Assembly: GCF_963676685.1 (NCBI RefSeq)
Contig: NC_092354.1
Location: 83,762,001 to 83,826,000 of the forward strand
DNA: 64,000 nt
Direction: 5' to 3'
From: Mytilus edulis
Taxonomy: Eukaryota
Shown here: in pieces, positions 11,936 through 25,290 of the stretch
How positions within the stretch are numbered: position 1 is the stretch's first letter
Layout of the letters: every line of letters starts with the position of its first letter
The notes under the pieces: model-generated
Databases searched by the model: none
Seen by the model: only the letters and a program-made list of their open reading frames with translations
Told to the model about the DNA's origin: nothing
Position numbers and translations under genes: made by a program

Positions 11936-14900
11936 ATAATTAGGCTAATCTCGAATATAAATTTGTGTTTCATATGAATTCTGCATTTTAAAAGTCATTG
12001 GCAATCTTTGTTTGCCTGCAATAATTTAGAATCGTATGAAACAATAACTTGTCAAGCTAATGTAAATAATTTTTGTGCGTTTGCTTTCTCTACATTGGCT
12101 AGAGTCATAGGGGAGGGTTGAGATCTCCAAAAAATTGTTTAATCTCGCCGCAGTTTTGCGTCTGTCCAAAGTCAGGAGACTCTGTCCTTTGTTAGTCTTG
12201 TGTATAATTCGGAGTTAAGTATGACTTCCAATATCACTGAACTAGTATACATATTTGTTTAGGGGCAAGCTGAAAGACGATTCCGGGTGCGGAGATTTCT
12301 CGTTCTTTTGAGGACCCATTGGTGGCCATCGTCGTTTGGCTGCTCTATGGTCGGGTTGTTGTCGCCTTGACCCATTCCTCATTATCAATTTTAAAGTATA
12401 AAAACTGTTGATTCACATCACTAAAATTGTCATATTGAATTGTTCTAAAATCTAAAGCACACAAGAAAATTTTTCACAGACTTCATTAGGTACTGGTTGG
12501 CTTATTCTTACGACAATTGTGTCATATTAGCGTTTAGTTCTGTTAAGCACGACAGTTGTTTTAAAGTTGAAACATACGTGTGATTTTGACATAGTATAAA
12601 ACATATAATCCAGTAAGACACAATGCTGAAAGAGAGCTGCAAAAAAAAAAATGGAACTTCATGATATCCATGAAATATGGTACTGTAAAGAAAAAAAAAG
12701 CCGATAGATTGTTATGCATTACTGGAATACCTGGACGATTGAATGTTGTAAGAGCATGTAAAACATCGCGGATCTACTGTTGGGAAATTATACAGCTTAC
12801 AGACCGGGAGTTTAAAAGAAATATAACATTTAATAGCTATCGAATGTTTTTAAAAAAAAAAGATCAACTGGTCGTTTTTGAGATGTTTAAAAGGAAAGGA
12901 AAGGATTAAAATGACAGTAATAATTAAAGAATACATCTTACATTAAAATAGAACCATTATTCAAATATATACTTTGTACTTATATTTGATAAATGAATAA
13001 ATAATAAATATGATGTTCAGTAGTTGTTGTTTGTTTATTTTGTTCTATGTGTTTCTCGTTTTTTTTATATAGATATTGGAATGTAAGGTTTCCCGTTTGA
13101 ATGGTTTTACACTAGTAATGTTTTGAGGCCCTTTATTTCTTGCTGTTCGGTGTGAGCCCATACCTTGAGCAATAATTGTTTACTTTTATAAATTGTGACT
13201 TTGATAGAGAGTTGTCTCATTTGCACTCATATTATATCTTTCTATATATGATTAGTCCCAGTAATACCAAGCTTAAAACATTAGGGACAACATATGTTCT
13301 TCTATCGTGGAAAAACAATCCAGATTTCGTCAAAAGATACATTTGATCTTTAGCACAGTATGGATGCAGGCTAAATAAAGGCAACGGTAGTAAACTGCTG
13401 TTCAAACAAAAACTTGAAAAAAAATTGAAATTAACTTAATTACGAAGAAATATTAGAAATATTTCAAAACATGTGAAACTATTCCTTTATTTGTTTTGAA
13501 AAATTCTAATCTTGGCCTTTAAAAAAGCCGAACAATTCATACCAAAATTTAAGACAATTTAAATGAGAAATCGAACGACCTAATTTGAGTTTAAAACAAC
13601 GAACCGTAAAAAAATAAAAAAAACAGAAACTTGAAACAGGAACATACATTATGTTGCGGGATTCGGAATGTTTGCCGTTTCCTAACAAATCCGCTTCACT
13701 GGTACATCATTTATATTGTTTCTTTTTATGCAACTCTCATATGAGTGAAAGGTGAACCTATGAAAACATTTTCCCATTAATGAAATGCCAGACTAACGCC
13801 AGGAATATAGCATATTCGTTTGATGTATTTGAGCTTTTGCCTGTGATATTCGCAAACAGACTTCAAGATTTGAATTTTCCTTGGAGGTCGGCATGTTATT
13901 TTACATGTAATTGCAAATCATACATGAACAACAAAATTTTGCGTTAACATGGTCAAACATATTAAAAAAATAAAGCCTTGTACAATTCTTTATTTGAATT
14001 GAATGAAACGATATATAATTTTAGTTGTGATGAAACTGTGACGTCATACGCATATAAACAGTAAATGAGCTGTGAAGTCATTCGCATGTAAGCAGTTAAC
14101 GTAGTATTGTCATTATAAACGTATTTGTTGGTGTAGAGTAAACAATTAATGTCTTTTCTGAGCTACTCTATTTCGAAATAATTGTTGTGATCCGAGCATA
14201 TAATTGATAATACAAGAACAATATATTATAATGAAACTCATCATGGTTTATTTAGGTGATACAATAATTACACATAAAATACAGTAATAATGGAAATAAT
14301 CGATATGTCAATACATGTGGTAAAGGTTGAAGAGTTCGGAATCATGTGTTCTGTGTACTACGTCACGGATACATGATAAGGCACATACAAAACATGGACT
14401 GGTTCAGTACTGTATATTGGTGTTCAGCACCACATAATTATAGAATCAAAAGATTACCAAAAAAGAGATTATAAACCAAAAAGGATAAAAAAGTATTGTC
14501 AAATATATATTTCTTAATTTTCAAGTTTCTAAAGTGTAAATTTTAATAATGGAATATTCTTATTTTCATGCCAGTATCGTAGTTCTTGAAACATTGTCAG
14601 TGATTCTCTCGGGAAGGAACAGTTTATCTACAGAGATATCAACCAAAATGTTTAAAAGTATGAACGGTATCAATGTTGCATCAGTAATGTTTCAGGCCAA
14701 ACCAAAGATTGGAAAATCTTCAAAAAGTTTTGTTTGTTTTTTCTACATCCTTATTTTTTTCACTTTTTTCGTGTTGACGATTGATATCAATAGTTGAATT
14801 CATTGTTTCGTTTTGATCATATCTATTTTTTTGTACTTTGAATTATATCTCGAATCAAAATCTCATTTTGTTTTCATTTTTAAAAAAGTAACTGTTCTTC

Positions 14901-15459
14901 TTCACATACAAATGTTTACTCGTCCGTTCAAAAGCACAAGTTGTGCGGGTCGGGAAATTAATTTTAAAAACAGATACCCAGGTTTTCGCTCAAATCTAAA
15001 TATATGCAAACATTTAAGACTAAAAAAAAATTATGATGACGATTGATATCTAACGATTATCGGCTGTATGTTATGTGGCTGGTGTATGGTCATATAATGC
15101 TGGTTTTGAATCAAGGGGGCAGTGAAATTCAACACCATAAACTTTACAATATTAATACTGTGTACCTTGGTAGGTCTGAATCGCTGTTGTGGATTTAACA
15201 AAGAAGATCAAAGTCATAAACTGTGAATGTATATATTTTAAAAAATAGAAATGCAAATTATCGCCCCATAACTAATGATAATGTTAGTCCATGAAATACG
15301 TTTTGATTTTATTTACTATAGAAGAAACTATTCACATTTGAATAAAGCAATACCCTTTTTGGTAAACACTTCGGAACAAATACTTCTCACTGTATTGTCT
15401 GAACGATGACCTATATTTATTTGATAGCTTAACTTTCAAATTGTTTGGTTTTATTTCAG

Positions 15460-15521
15460 GGCCAGACTCTATATGACCTTGCAACAAAAGAAAGAAGAAA
15501 ACAATTATGGCCTCCCTTAAG
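15460..15521 (+). CDS. Ankyrin-repeat gene, candidate first coding exon (ATG at 15507: MASLK)
   Basis: Acceptor ttatttcag and donor AAG/gtatat. The ATG is in acaattATGG context and ends in phase 0, in frame with the downstream exons. The 5' part reads GQTLYDLA (ankyrin-like) in a different frame. Confidence 0.55.
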
Positions 15522-16015
15522 GTATATGTTCTGTTTAATTTAAATGGTTTATAGGTTTCCCAAATTAAAATATCACAAGAGATTTTTTACAGACATATAT
15601 CTAATCCTTCAGAAACATCACGGTTGGCAAAGACAATATTCACTATTGTTATGTGACTGCGTAGTATTATTTATCATAAATGTTATCGTCTTGATCATAC
15701 CAATAAACAATGTTTGACAATTAGCAATTCCAATGTCGTTGTCACGTCGCTACTGATTTATGAAATAATGTAAGGTTCTATTGTTTGTGGCGATACATAA
15801 CATTCTATTTTGATCAACTCCAGTAGTTAGAGATCATTGTTGTCCAGTCCGAACGAATGACTTTATTCTAAATATTAACTGGGAAATTTTACTAGATCGG
15901 TCAACAACCTTTCCCCCAAGGCTTAAGATAAAAACAATTATGACGGTATAAAACAATAAAAAATTTTTTTTTACAAAAAATGACTGCTGTATTGTTTTGT
16001 TTTTTCTTTTAACAG

Positions 16016-16033
16016 GTTAAATGGTGGAACATG
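16016..16033 (+). CDS. Ankyrin-repeat gene, 18-nt micro-exon (VKWWNM)
   Basis: Strong polypyrimidine tract plus aacag acceptor and a perfect ATG/gtaagt donor; phase 0 at both ends. Confidence 0.65.
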
Positions 16034-16456
16034 GTAAGTTTTTTGTAAATTATTCATTTGTCATGTGATCTATCGTTGTCTTTAATTGCGCAGAAATATA
16101 CATGTTTGAGATTGATGATAGAAGCAAGTTACTATGTTAAACTCCATAAAACATTTAAGACAGAAAGCAATATAACGACAAGAACATTCGAAAACTAACT
16201 GAAATTACCATGGCAAAATACAAAAATAGACCAAACGGCACACAACATTATGCAAAATACAACATAGAACAACTAATGACTGATCAATTTTAAACAGATG
16301 GTTGTTTCAGGACCTCAAGAAAGGTAAGAAGATCATGATCCAAACATTGGACCCGTCGAGTTGATCATGTTAAAACAATTCGGTTAGTCAAAATCGAGGA
16401 ACGCTGGTTACGACAATTAGAAAAATATTCGTCATAATCCTGGAAGCTATTATATC

Positions 16457-16730
16457 AACTCATCATAGATACCAGGATAAAATTTTGTATATACGCCAGA
16501 CGCGCGTTTCGTCTACAAAAGACTCATCAGTGACGCTCGAATCCAAAACAGTTTAAAAGGCCAAATAAAATACGAAGTTGAAGAACATTGAGGACCAAAA
16601 TTCCTAAAAGTTGTGCCAAATACAGCTAAGGTAATCTATGCCTGAGGTAGAAAAGCCTTAGTATTTCAAAAATTATCAATTTTGTAAACATACAATTTAT
16701 AAATATAACCATATCAATGATAATTCATGT
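16457..16730 (-). repeat. Retrozyme-like repeat monomer (intronic, antisense)
   Basis: Reverse complement of 8320-8572 and 56785-57056; it contains the intact hammerhead below. Confidence 0.85.
16492..16538 (-). ncRNA. Minimal type I hammerhead ribozyme, intact core
   Basis: Minus strand: gaGCGUCA-CUGAUGA-GUCU uuugu AGAC-GAAA-CGCGCG-UC-UGGCGUa. Helix I is GCGUCA/UGGCGU, helix II has 4 bp, helix III is palindromic, and the cleavage triplet is GUC (cut between 16499 and 16498). Confidence 0.88.
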
Positions 16731-17039
16731 CTATTAAACACTGTTGTCTCCATTAATTTTAAGACACGTGATGTATCTGTTATCAAAATCAAGAATTTGA
16801 AAGTGTTAAGCATACACATTTCAACGTATTCGGATATTAAAGCATGAAAATGTACTATAATTTGTAAAGTCCACTACTCTACTCACAAATCTTATTGAAT
16901 TATATTCAGGTTTTCAAACATACCATTTCACTCAAGTACACTCAAAAACTCACTGCTGTAATTATAGGTTTGATTAATAACGTTTGTCAAACAGGTTTGT
17001 GTTCAGTAAGGAAATAAACTGGCTTTACTTTACTTTTAG

Positions 17040-17129
17040 AGACTACTTTTAGCTGCTGAAGATGGAAGGTTAAATGATGTGAAACGATTCATAAAAAAAG
17101 GAGCTGAGTTAGAATGTAGGGATCGAGGT
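17040..17129 (+). CDS. Ankyrin-repeat gene exon (RLLLAAEDGRLNDVKRFIKKGAELECRDRG)
   Basis: Acceptor tttacttttag and donor gtaagt; 90 nt, phase 0/0, N-cap type ankyrin repeat. Confidence 0.88.
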
Positions 17130-17739
17130 GTAAGTAAAGTCACAGAAAACTTATATCTAATGATAGTATCATACATATGGTGTGGGAACTAACCAATAGA
17201 CGGGCTGTTCATTCTTTACACAAATCTATATTCTATATAGTTCTCATTTATTGACATAAATAGTTTTAATAAATTTATGATCCGTTTTAAAAATAATCTT
17301 TCACTTGTAGGTGGAAATCAAAACAAAATATTTTCAATTTTAATTTACAAAGCAATAATGGTTGTGCCATTGGTGTGGGTTATAAATACGAAGACTGATT
17401 ATTAAAACTACAAAATTTAGACAACACTAATTAAACAAAAACAAGAAAGATAGTGAAACCTATTTAAATATAAAATAATGGTAAACAAAATATTCATATA
17501 TATCATAATAAACAGTATGCACCAGACGCGCGTTTGTGTGGACAAAAAAAGCTGAATAGTGACATTCGACTAAATAACGAAAACAAACCAAATAAATAAC
17601 AATGAAGGAGAGGATTTATAAGAATAGAGGAAACACACTGCTAGTAAAACCAAACTGACTCAATACAAAACTAATAGAGGAATCGGAATCTTGATCGCAC
17701 ATATACTGAAACTCACATGTAATAGTAAATCCCTGACGA

Positions 17740-20700
17740 TGAAATCTACAAAAGTATCCAAAGAAATAGAGAAAGGCAACTGGAATTGTACATACTGATG
17801 GTGAAAGTTCCATACATATATCCAAGAAAAATAGTAAAGAAATCTATAGCAATATAACCACAGAAATGGTGAAACGCACCTGGAATTGTACATTACTGAC
17901 GATGTAGTCTACAAAAATATATCCAACAGAAGTGATGACACCTACCTGGAATTGTACATAACTGATGGTGAAACTTCCATAAATATATTCAACAGAATGG
18001 TGAACCCCAACTGGAATTGTACATCTCTAATGGTGAAACTTCCATTAACATATCTAATTGTGAATAGCTCAATACTGATGGTAAAACTTTCTTAAACAAA
18101 AAGGGTGAAGAAATCTGTAGAAATATATCCATCAAAAATGATGAAACCCGATTGAAAATGTACATCACTGATGGTGAAACTTTCATAAATATATCCTAAA
18201 ATAATGGTGAAAACAGCTACAGTTATATATCCAACAGAAATGGTGAAACCCAACTAGAATTGTACATTACTGATGGTGAAACTTCCTCAATTCTATCAAA
18301 AAAAAAGGGAGTAGAAATCTCCTGAAATATATCGAACAGAAATGGTGTAACCCACTTGAAAATGTACATCACTGATGGTGAAACTTCCTCAATTTTATCC
18401 AACAAAAGTGTGTAAAAATCTCCTGAAATATGTTCAACAGAAATGGTAAAACCCACTTGAAAATGTACATCACTGATGGTGAAACTGCGATTAATATATC
18501 CAACAAAAATGGTAAAACCCACTTGAAATTGTACATCACTGATAGGGAACATTCCTTCAATATATCCAACAATAAAAGTGAAGAAATCTACAGAAATACA
18601 TCCAACAGAAACGGTGAATTCCATCTAGAATTGTACATCACTCATGGTAAATCTTCCTTAAATATATCCAACAATAATGGTGAAGATATCTACATAAATA
18701 GATATAGTAGCAATGGTGAAACCCAACTAGAATTGTTAATCGCTGATGTTGAAACTACTTGAAATATATCCAAAAATAATTGTGAAGAAATCTATGATAA
18801 TATATCCAACAGCAATGGTGAAGAAATCTACATTAATATATATAGAAGCAATGATGAAACCCAACTAGAATTGTTACTCACTGATGTTGAAACTGCCTTA
18901 AATATATTCGAAACTAATGGTGAAGAAATCTATAATAATATATCCAACAGCATTGATGAAACCCAACTAGAATTGTACATCACAGAGGGTGAAATTTCCT
19001 TAAATTTATCAAACAATAATGGTGAAGACATCTAAAGAAATATTCAAAAGCAATGGTGTAACTCACCTAGAATTATACATCACAGATGGTGATTGAAAAT
19101 AACGTATGTACCAAAGAATCTTAGAACATATTTATGAAAAAGGTTGACACAAACATACTGATGATTTTAAGAGTTATTTCCATTAACCTAGGTTTTCCTT
19201 CTTAAATACACCCAACAATAATGTTAATAAATCTACACATATATATACAAGAGAAACGGTGAAACGCACTCAGAATTGTACACCACTCATGAAAATATTT
19301 CCTTAAATATATCCAACAATAAAAGTGAAGAAATCTAAAGAAAAACATCAAACAACGATGGTGAAGCCCACCTAGAATTGTACATCACTAATGGTAAATG
19401 TTCCTTAAATATATCCAAAAATAATGGTGAAGAAATCTTCATAAAAAGATATAGAAGCAATGGTGAAACCCAACTAGAATTGTTCATCATTGATGTTGAA
19501 ACTTCCTTAGATCTATCCAAAAATAATGGTGAAGAAATCTTTAATAATATATCAAACAGCAATGGTGAGGAAATCCACATAAATATATATAGTAGCAACG
19601 GTAAAACTCACCTAGAAGTATACATCACTAATGATTAAACCTCTTTTAATATATCCAAAAATAATGGTGAAGAAATCTGCAGAAATATATTCAACAGAAA
19701 CGGTGTAACTCACCTAGAAGTGTACTTTACTGATGGTGAAACTTTCTTAAATATATTCTACAATACTGGTGAAGAAATCTACAAGAATATATCAAAAAGC
19801 AATGGTGAAACAAAAGTAGAATTGTATATCACTGATGGTAAAACATCCGAGAAATATATCCAATAATAAAAGTGAAGAAATCTACAGAAAAATATCCAAC
19901 AGTAATGGTGAAAACCATCTAGAATTGTATATCACTGATGATAAATCTTCCTTAAATATACCCAACAATAATGGTGAAGAAATTACAAAAGTATATATAG
20001 AAGCAATGGTGAAACTCAACTAGAATTGTTCATCATTGATGTTGAAACTACTAGAAATATATCCAAAAATAATGGTTAAGAAATCTACAATAATCTATCC
20101 AACAGCAACGGTGAAACTCACCTAGAATTGTACATCACCGATGGTGAAAGTTCCAGAAATATATCCAAAAATAATGGTGAAGAAATCTACAGAAAGATAT
20201 TCAAAAGTAATAGTGAAACTCACGTAGAATTGTACATCACTCATGGTAAATCTTCCTTAAATATATCCAACAATAATGGTGAAGATATCTACATAAATAG
20301 ATATAGTAGCAATGGTTAAACCCAACTAGAATTGTTAATCGCTGATGTTGAAACTACTTGAAATATACCCAACAATAATGGTGAAGAAATTACAAAAGTA
20401 TATATAGAAGCAATGGTGAAACTCAACTAGAATTGTTCATCATTGATGTTGAAACTACTAGAAATATATCCAAAAATAATGGTTAAGAAATCTACAATAA
20501 TCTATCCAACAGCAACGGTGAAACTCACCTAGAATTGTACATCACCGATGGTGAAAGTTCCAGAAATATATCCAAAAATAATGGTGAAGAAATCTACAGA
20601 AAGATATTCAAAAGTAATAGTGAAACTCACGTAGAATTGTACATCACTCATGGTAAATCTTCCTTAAATATATCCAACAATAATGGTGAAGATATCTACA

Positions 20701-23075
20701 TAAATAGATATAGTAGCAATGGTTAAACCCAACTAGAATTGTTAATCGCTGATGTTGAAACTACTTGAAATATATCCAAAAATAATGGTGAAGAAATCTA
20801 TGATAATATATCCAACAGCAATGGTGAAGAAATCTACATTAATATATATAGAAGCAATGATGAAACCCAACTAGAATTGTTACTCACTGATGTTGAAACT
20901 GCCTTAAATATATTCGAAACTAATGGTGAAGAAATCTATAATAATATATCCAACAGCATTGATGAAACCCAACTAGAATTGTACATCACAGAGGGTGAAA
21001 TTTCCTTAAATTTATCAAACAATAATGGTGAAGACATCTAAAGAAATATTCAAAAGCAATGGTGTAACTCACCTAGAATTATACATCACAGATGGTGATT
21101 GAAAATAACGTATGTACCAAAGAATCTTAGAACATATTTATGAAAAAGGTTGACACAAACATACTGATGATTTTAAGAGTTATTTCCATTAACCTAGGTC
21201 TACCTTCTTAAATACACCCAACAATAATGTTAATAAATCTACACATATATATACAAGAGAAACGGTGAAACGCACTCAGAATTGTACACCACTCATGAAA
21301 ATATTTCCTTAAATATATCCAACAATAAAAGTGAAGAAATCTAAAGAAAAACATCAAACAACAATGGTGAAGCCCACCTAGAATTGTACATCACTAATGG
21401 TAAATATTCCTTAAATATATCCAACAATAATGGTGAAGAAATCTACATAAAAAGATATAGAAGCAATGGTGAAACCCAACTAGAATTGTTCATCATTGAT
21501 GTTGAAACTTCCTTAGATCTATCCAAAAATAATGGTGAAGAAATCTTTAATAATATATCAAACAGCAATGGTGAGGAAATCCACATAAATATATATAGTA
21601 GCAACGGTAAAACTCACCTAGAAGTATACATCACTAATGATTAAACCTCTTTTAATATATCCAAAAATAATGGTGAAGAAATCTGCAGAAATATATTCAA
21701 CAGAAACGGTGTAACTCACCTAGAAGTGTACTTTACTGATGGTGAAACTTTCTTAAATATATTCTACAATACTGGTGAAGAAATCTACAAGAATATATCA
21801 AAAAGCAATGGTGAAACAAAAGTAGAATTGTATATCACTGATGGTAAAACATCCGAGAAATATATCCAATAATAAAAGTGAAGAAATCTACAGAAAAATA
21901 TCCAACAGTAATGGTGAAAACCATCTAGAATTGTATATCACTGATGATAAATCTTCCTTAAATATACCCAACAATAATGGTGAAGAAATAACAAAAGTAT
22001 ATATAGAAGCAATGGTGAAACCCAACTAGAATTGTTCATCATTGATGTTGAAACTACTAGAAATATATCCAAAAATAATGGTTAAGAAATCTACAATAAT
22101 CTATCCAACAGCGACGGTGAAACTCACCTAGAATTGTACATCACAGATGGTGAAAGTTCCAGAAATATATCCAAAAATAATGGTGAAGAAATCTCCAGAA
22201 AGATATTCAAAAGTAATAGTGAAACTCACGTAGAATTGTACATCACTGATGATAAATCTTCCTTAAATATATTCAACACAAATGGTGAGGAAATCTACAA
22301 AAAATATTTCAAATAGAAATGGTGAGACCCACCTACAATTATACATCACTAATGGTGAAACTTCTTTAAATTTATTAAACAATACTGGTGAAGAAATCTT
22401 TAGAAATACATCCAACAGCAATGGTGAAACCCACGTAGAATTGTACATCATTGATGGTAAATCTTCCTTAAATTTATCAAACACAGATGGTGAAACGTGC
22501 AGAAATATATTCCACAATAATGGCGAAAAAATCTACAGAAATATAATCAAGCGAAACGGTGAAACTCACCTTGAAGTGTACATCACTGATGATTAAACTT
22601 CCTTAAATATATTCCACAATAATGGTGAAAAAATCTGCAGAAATATAACTTAAAACAATGATGAAACCAACGTCGAATTGTACATTACTGATGGTGAAAC
22701 TTCAATCAATATATTCAACAATAATGGAATAGAAATCTACAGAAATATTTTCAATAGAAATGGTGAAACCCATCTAGAATTGTACATAATTGATGGTGAA
22801 ATTTCCATCAATATATCAAACAATAATGGAATAGAAATCTACAGAAACATATCCAGCAGAAATGGTGAAACCCACCTATAAATGTACATCAATGATGGTG
22901 AAATTTCTTCTAATGTCCCAAACAAAATGGTGAAGAAATCTACAGAAATATACACAACAGAAATAGTGCACCCGCCTAGAATTGTTCATTACTGATGGTA
23001 AAACGTCCTTTAATATATCCAACAAAAATGGTGAAGAAACCTAAAGAAATTTATCCAACAGAAAGCGTGAAACCC
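17740..23075. repeat. 5.3-kb degenerate satellite of 33/33/36-bp related subunits with higher-order duplications
   Basis: Recurrent aatggtgaaacccacctagaattgtacatcact, gatggtgaaacttccttaaatatatccaacaat and aatggtgaagaaatctacagaaatatatccaacagc. The ORF track shows near-identical ORFs offset by 2006 bp and identical ORFs offset by 407 bp. Confidence 0.95.
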
Positions 23076-23150
23076 TTAATTGTCATTTGTTCTTTCGTAG
23101 TAAATTTCTTTTCATGATGAAAACAATTAGGATAATTAAAACTTTTTTCT

Positions 23151-23310
23151 ATTTCAGTGATTGAAATATCATTTACCTGTAAGAATCAGTTATGCTCCCT
23201 TTGGCTGTCCAATATTTTTAAGAAACAAGATGACTATTCTCAAAAATATTGGACAGCTAAAGGTAACATAATGGTTTCTTACAGGTGAATGATAGTCGAA
23301 TCGCTGAAAT
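23151..23310. mobile_element. Fold-back (palindromic) MITE-like element
   Basis: ~74-bp imperfect inverted arms at 23151-23224 and 23237-23310 (for example gctgtccaatattttt / aaaaatattggacagc). Confidence 0.75.
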
Positions 23311-24500
23311 AAAGAACAGATAAAACAATAGAATGACGCCACAACAATGTTTTGATATTAGGTCTTTCCACTTTTCTTTTAAAAGACTTATTGTATTTGT
23401 TCAAGATCAAAGGTCAAGGTCATATTCTAAATTTTGATTTTGGCTTCTTTTCATTTATTTCCAAAAACAATATAAGATATTGACAAATTATTTTTACTAA
23501 ATCGATAGTTGCGACATGCCTTAAAACATAGATTTTGATTACAAGGTATGTTGAACGTAACAGGGAGTTTCCTCCCCTCTTGTATGTTAAAGTAGAGGTT
23601 ATGGTGATATAACTCATTAACCAAATATAAATAAGACCTTAGGTCTTTTTACTTGAGGTCCTTGATTGTTGACCTTGAAATTGATCTCATTGTCATAGCT
23701 TAATTAAACGTTCTATACGTTCACCTTGCTTTTATTTCTATGTATACATGATAAAGACATGAGACCGGAAGTAGTTTTTGTTATGTAATTTATTAATATT
23801 AAATTCTATAGAACCATATATTTTTGGAATAGGTGTCACGTTAATATTCAAATAGTATCGGAAGTATCATGTTTTGAACTGGAAAAAACAACTTATCTTC
23901 CTAATTTAAAAAATATTGTATAGAAACCATATTTTTTTCGGAATAAGCAATAAACTATGATTTGACGATTAAAATTACATGTTAACCTTAATTTTGATTA
24001 CTTTCATATTAAAATATAGGGTTTTTGGTAGAAAGACCTTCAATTGTTCTCTGAACAATTGGTTTCTAATTATTATTATTAATATTATTTTCTTCTGCCT
24101 AATTTTGTTCTTGCGTAAATTTTTTGTTTAGCAAAATGTTGCTTAGATAATTTTTATATAATATCATACAGTTTATGCGGTTTTTTTTTCACCTATTCTA
24201 TGCTGATCAATTTTCTCTGTAATTACCTCCCCTGGGATGGCAGCCACCATGTAATTTTTTGAAGTCCGAGAAAACAACAAAATACTCAATGAATATGTAA
24301 TAGAAATACTTAAAAGATTGCAAATATCATAAACAAAACATCGTCTACAGTTTTTAATTAGTACAGGACATTTATTACGCAATTTTCAATCGTAGTATTG
24401 TGACATATTGATCGCTTCATCGTTGTTTTATTTACATGCTACATGTACATGTCAATCATAAAGGTAACATTGAAATTGACACACTATATACTGGTATCAT

Positions 24501-25290
24501 CATGGCAAGCCCTTCAAATACAACTATGGAAGATCTGAAAACCCTAATTTTGGCAGTTGACTCGAAAGTAGAAAAAATTAATGAGAAATTAGATACAATT
24601 GAAAATAAATTTTCAAATCTAGTGCAGGAGGTAAAAGAGGATGTAAATAAAGTAAAGTTAGAGGTCTAAGAAACAGGTCAAGCATTAAAAGAATAAAGGC
24701 ACGATCACGATGAGTTGCAAAGAGGGGTTGAGGCTATGGAACTCAATATGCAATCTCTAGAGGTAGAGAAGTTAGAGTCAATGAGGCAGAGCTTTGAGAC
24801 TGACCTCAAAAATTTAAAAGAGAAGCAGGTACTCCTTGAAAAACACGACCGCAAATACAATATTTTAGTTTTAGCCTGAAAAGAGGGATGAAAACATCTG
24901 GAAAGTCATTGATGACCTAATGATGAATTATTTAAAAATGGAAAAGCTAAAGCAGAAAGCTTCCCATTTGCAAATGCTCATAGAATACCAGCTAGGGAAA
25001 AAACAACCAAATCCGATAATAATTAGATTTATACACTATGCAGATAAAGAGCTATTTTTATCACTTGGGTCACTTTTAGCCGGTAAGAATATTCGCATGG
25101 AAGATGATCTGCCTCCATGCATGAAGGAAGCCCGAATGAACTTGCAAAAATCGCATACAAGATTAGGTCAGAAGAAAAACTAAAAACTCGCATTCGTCAC
25201 TTAGGAGTCACTGTGATCCTTGAAACACGCACTAGCTCAAGAGACCAGTGGCATATTCGCAAGCAATTCCGTTGTTGCTAACTTGCATAG
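24501..25290 (+). pseudogene. L1/Tx1 ORF1 (coiled coil plus RRM-like domain), disrupted
   Basis: MASPSNTTMEDLKTLILAVDSKVEKINEKL (coiled coil), LEKHDRKYNILV, ANAHRI, PNPIIIRF and IRMEDDLP, with in-frame stops (~24667, ~24694) and frameshifts. Confidence 0.8.

Noticed and set aside
14330-14460. Cys/Trp-containing stretch faintly like a fibronectin type II module (YWCSAPHNY)
   Set aside because: It needs frameshifts, has stops and lacks splice sites, so it cannot be distinguished from chance.
17886-22881. Many Asn-rich ORFs as real CDS
   Set aside because: They are satellite translations interrupted by frequent stops and indels, with no convincing splice sites. Kept only as a repeat and as a hypothesis about origin.
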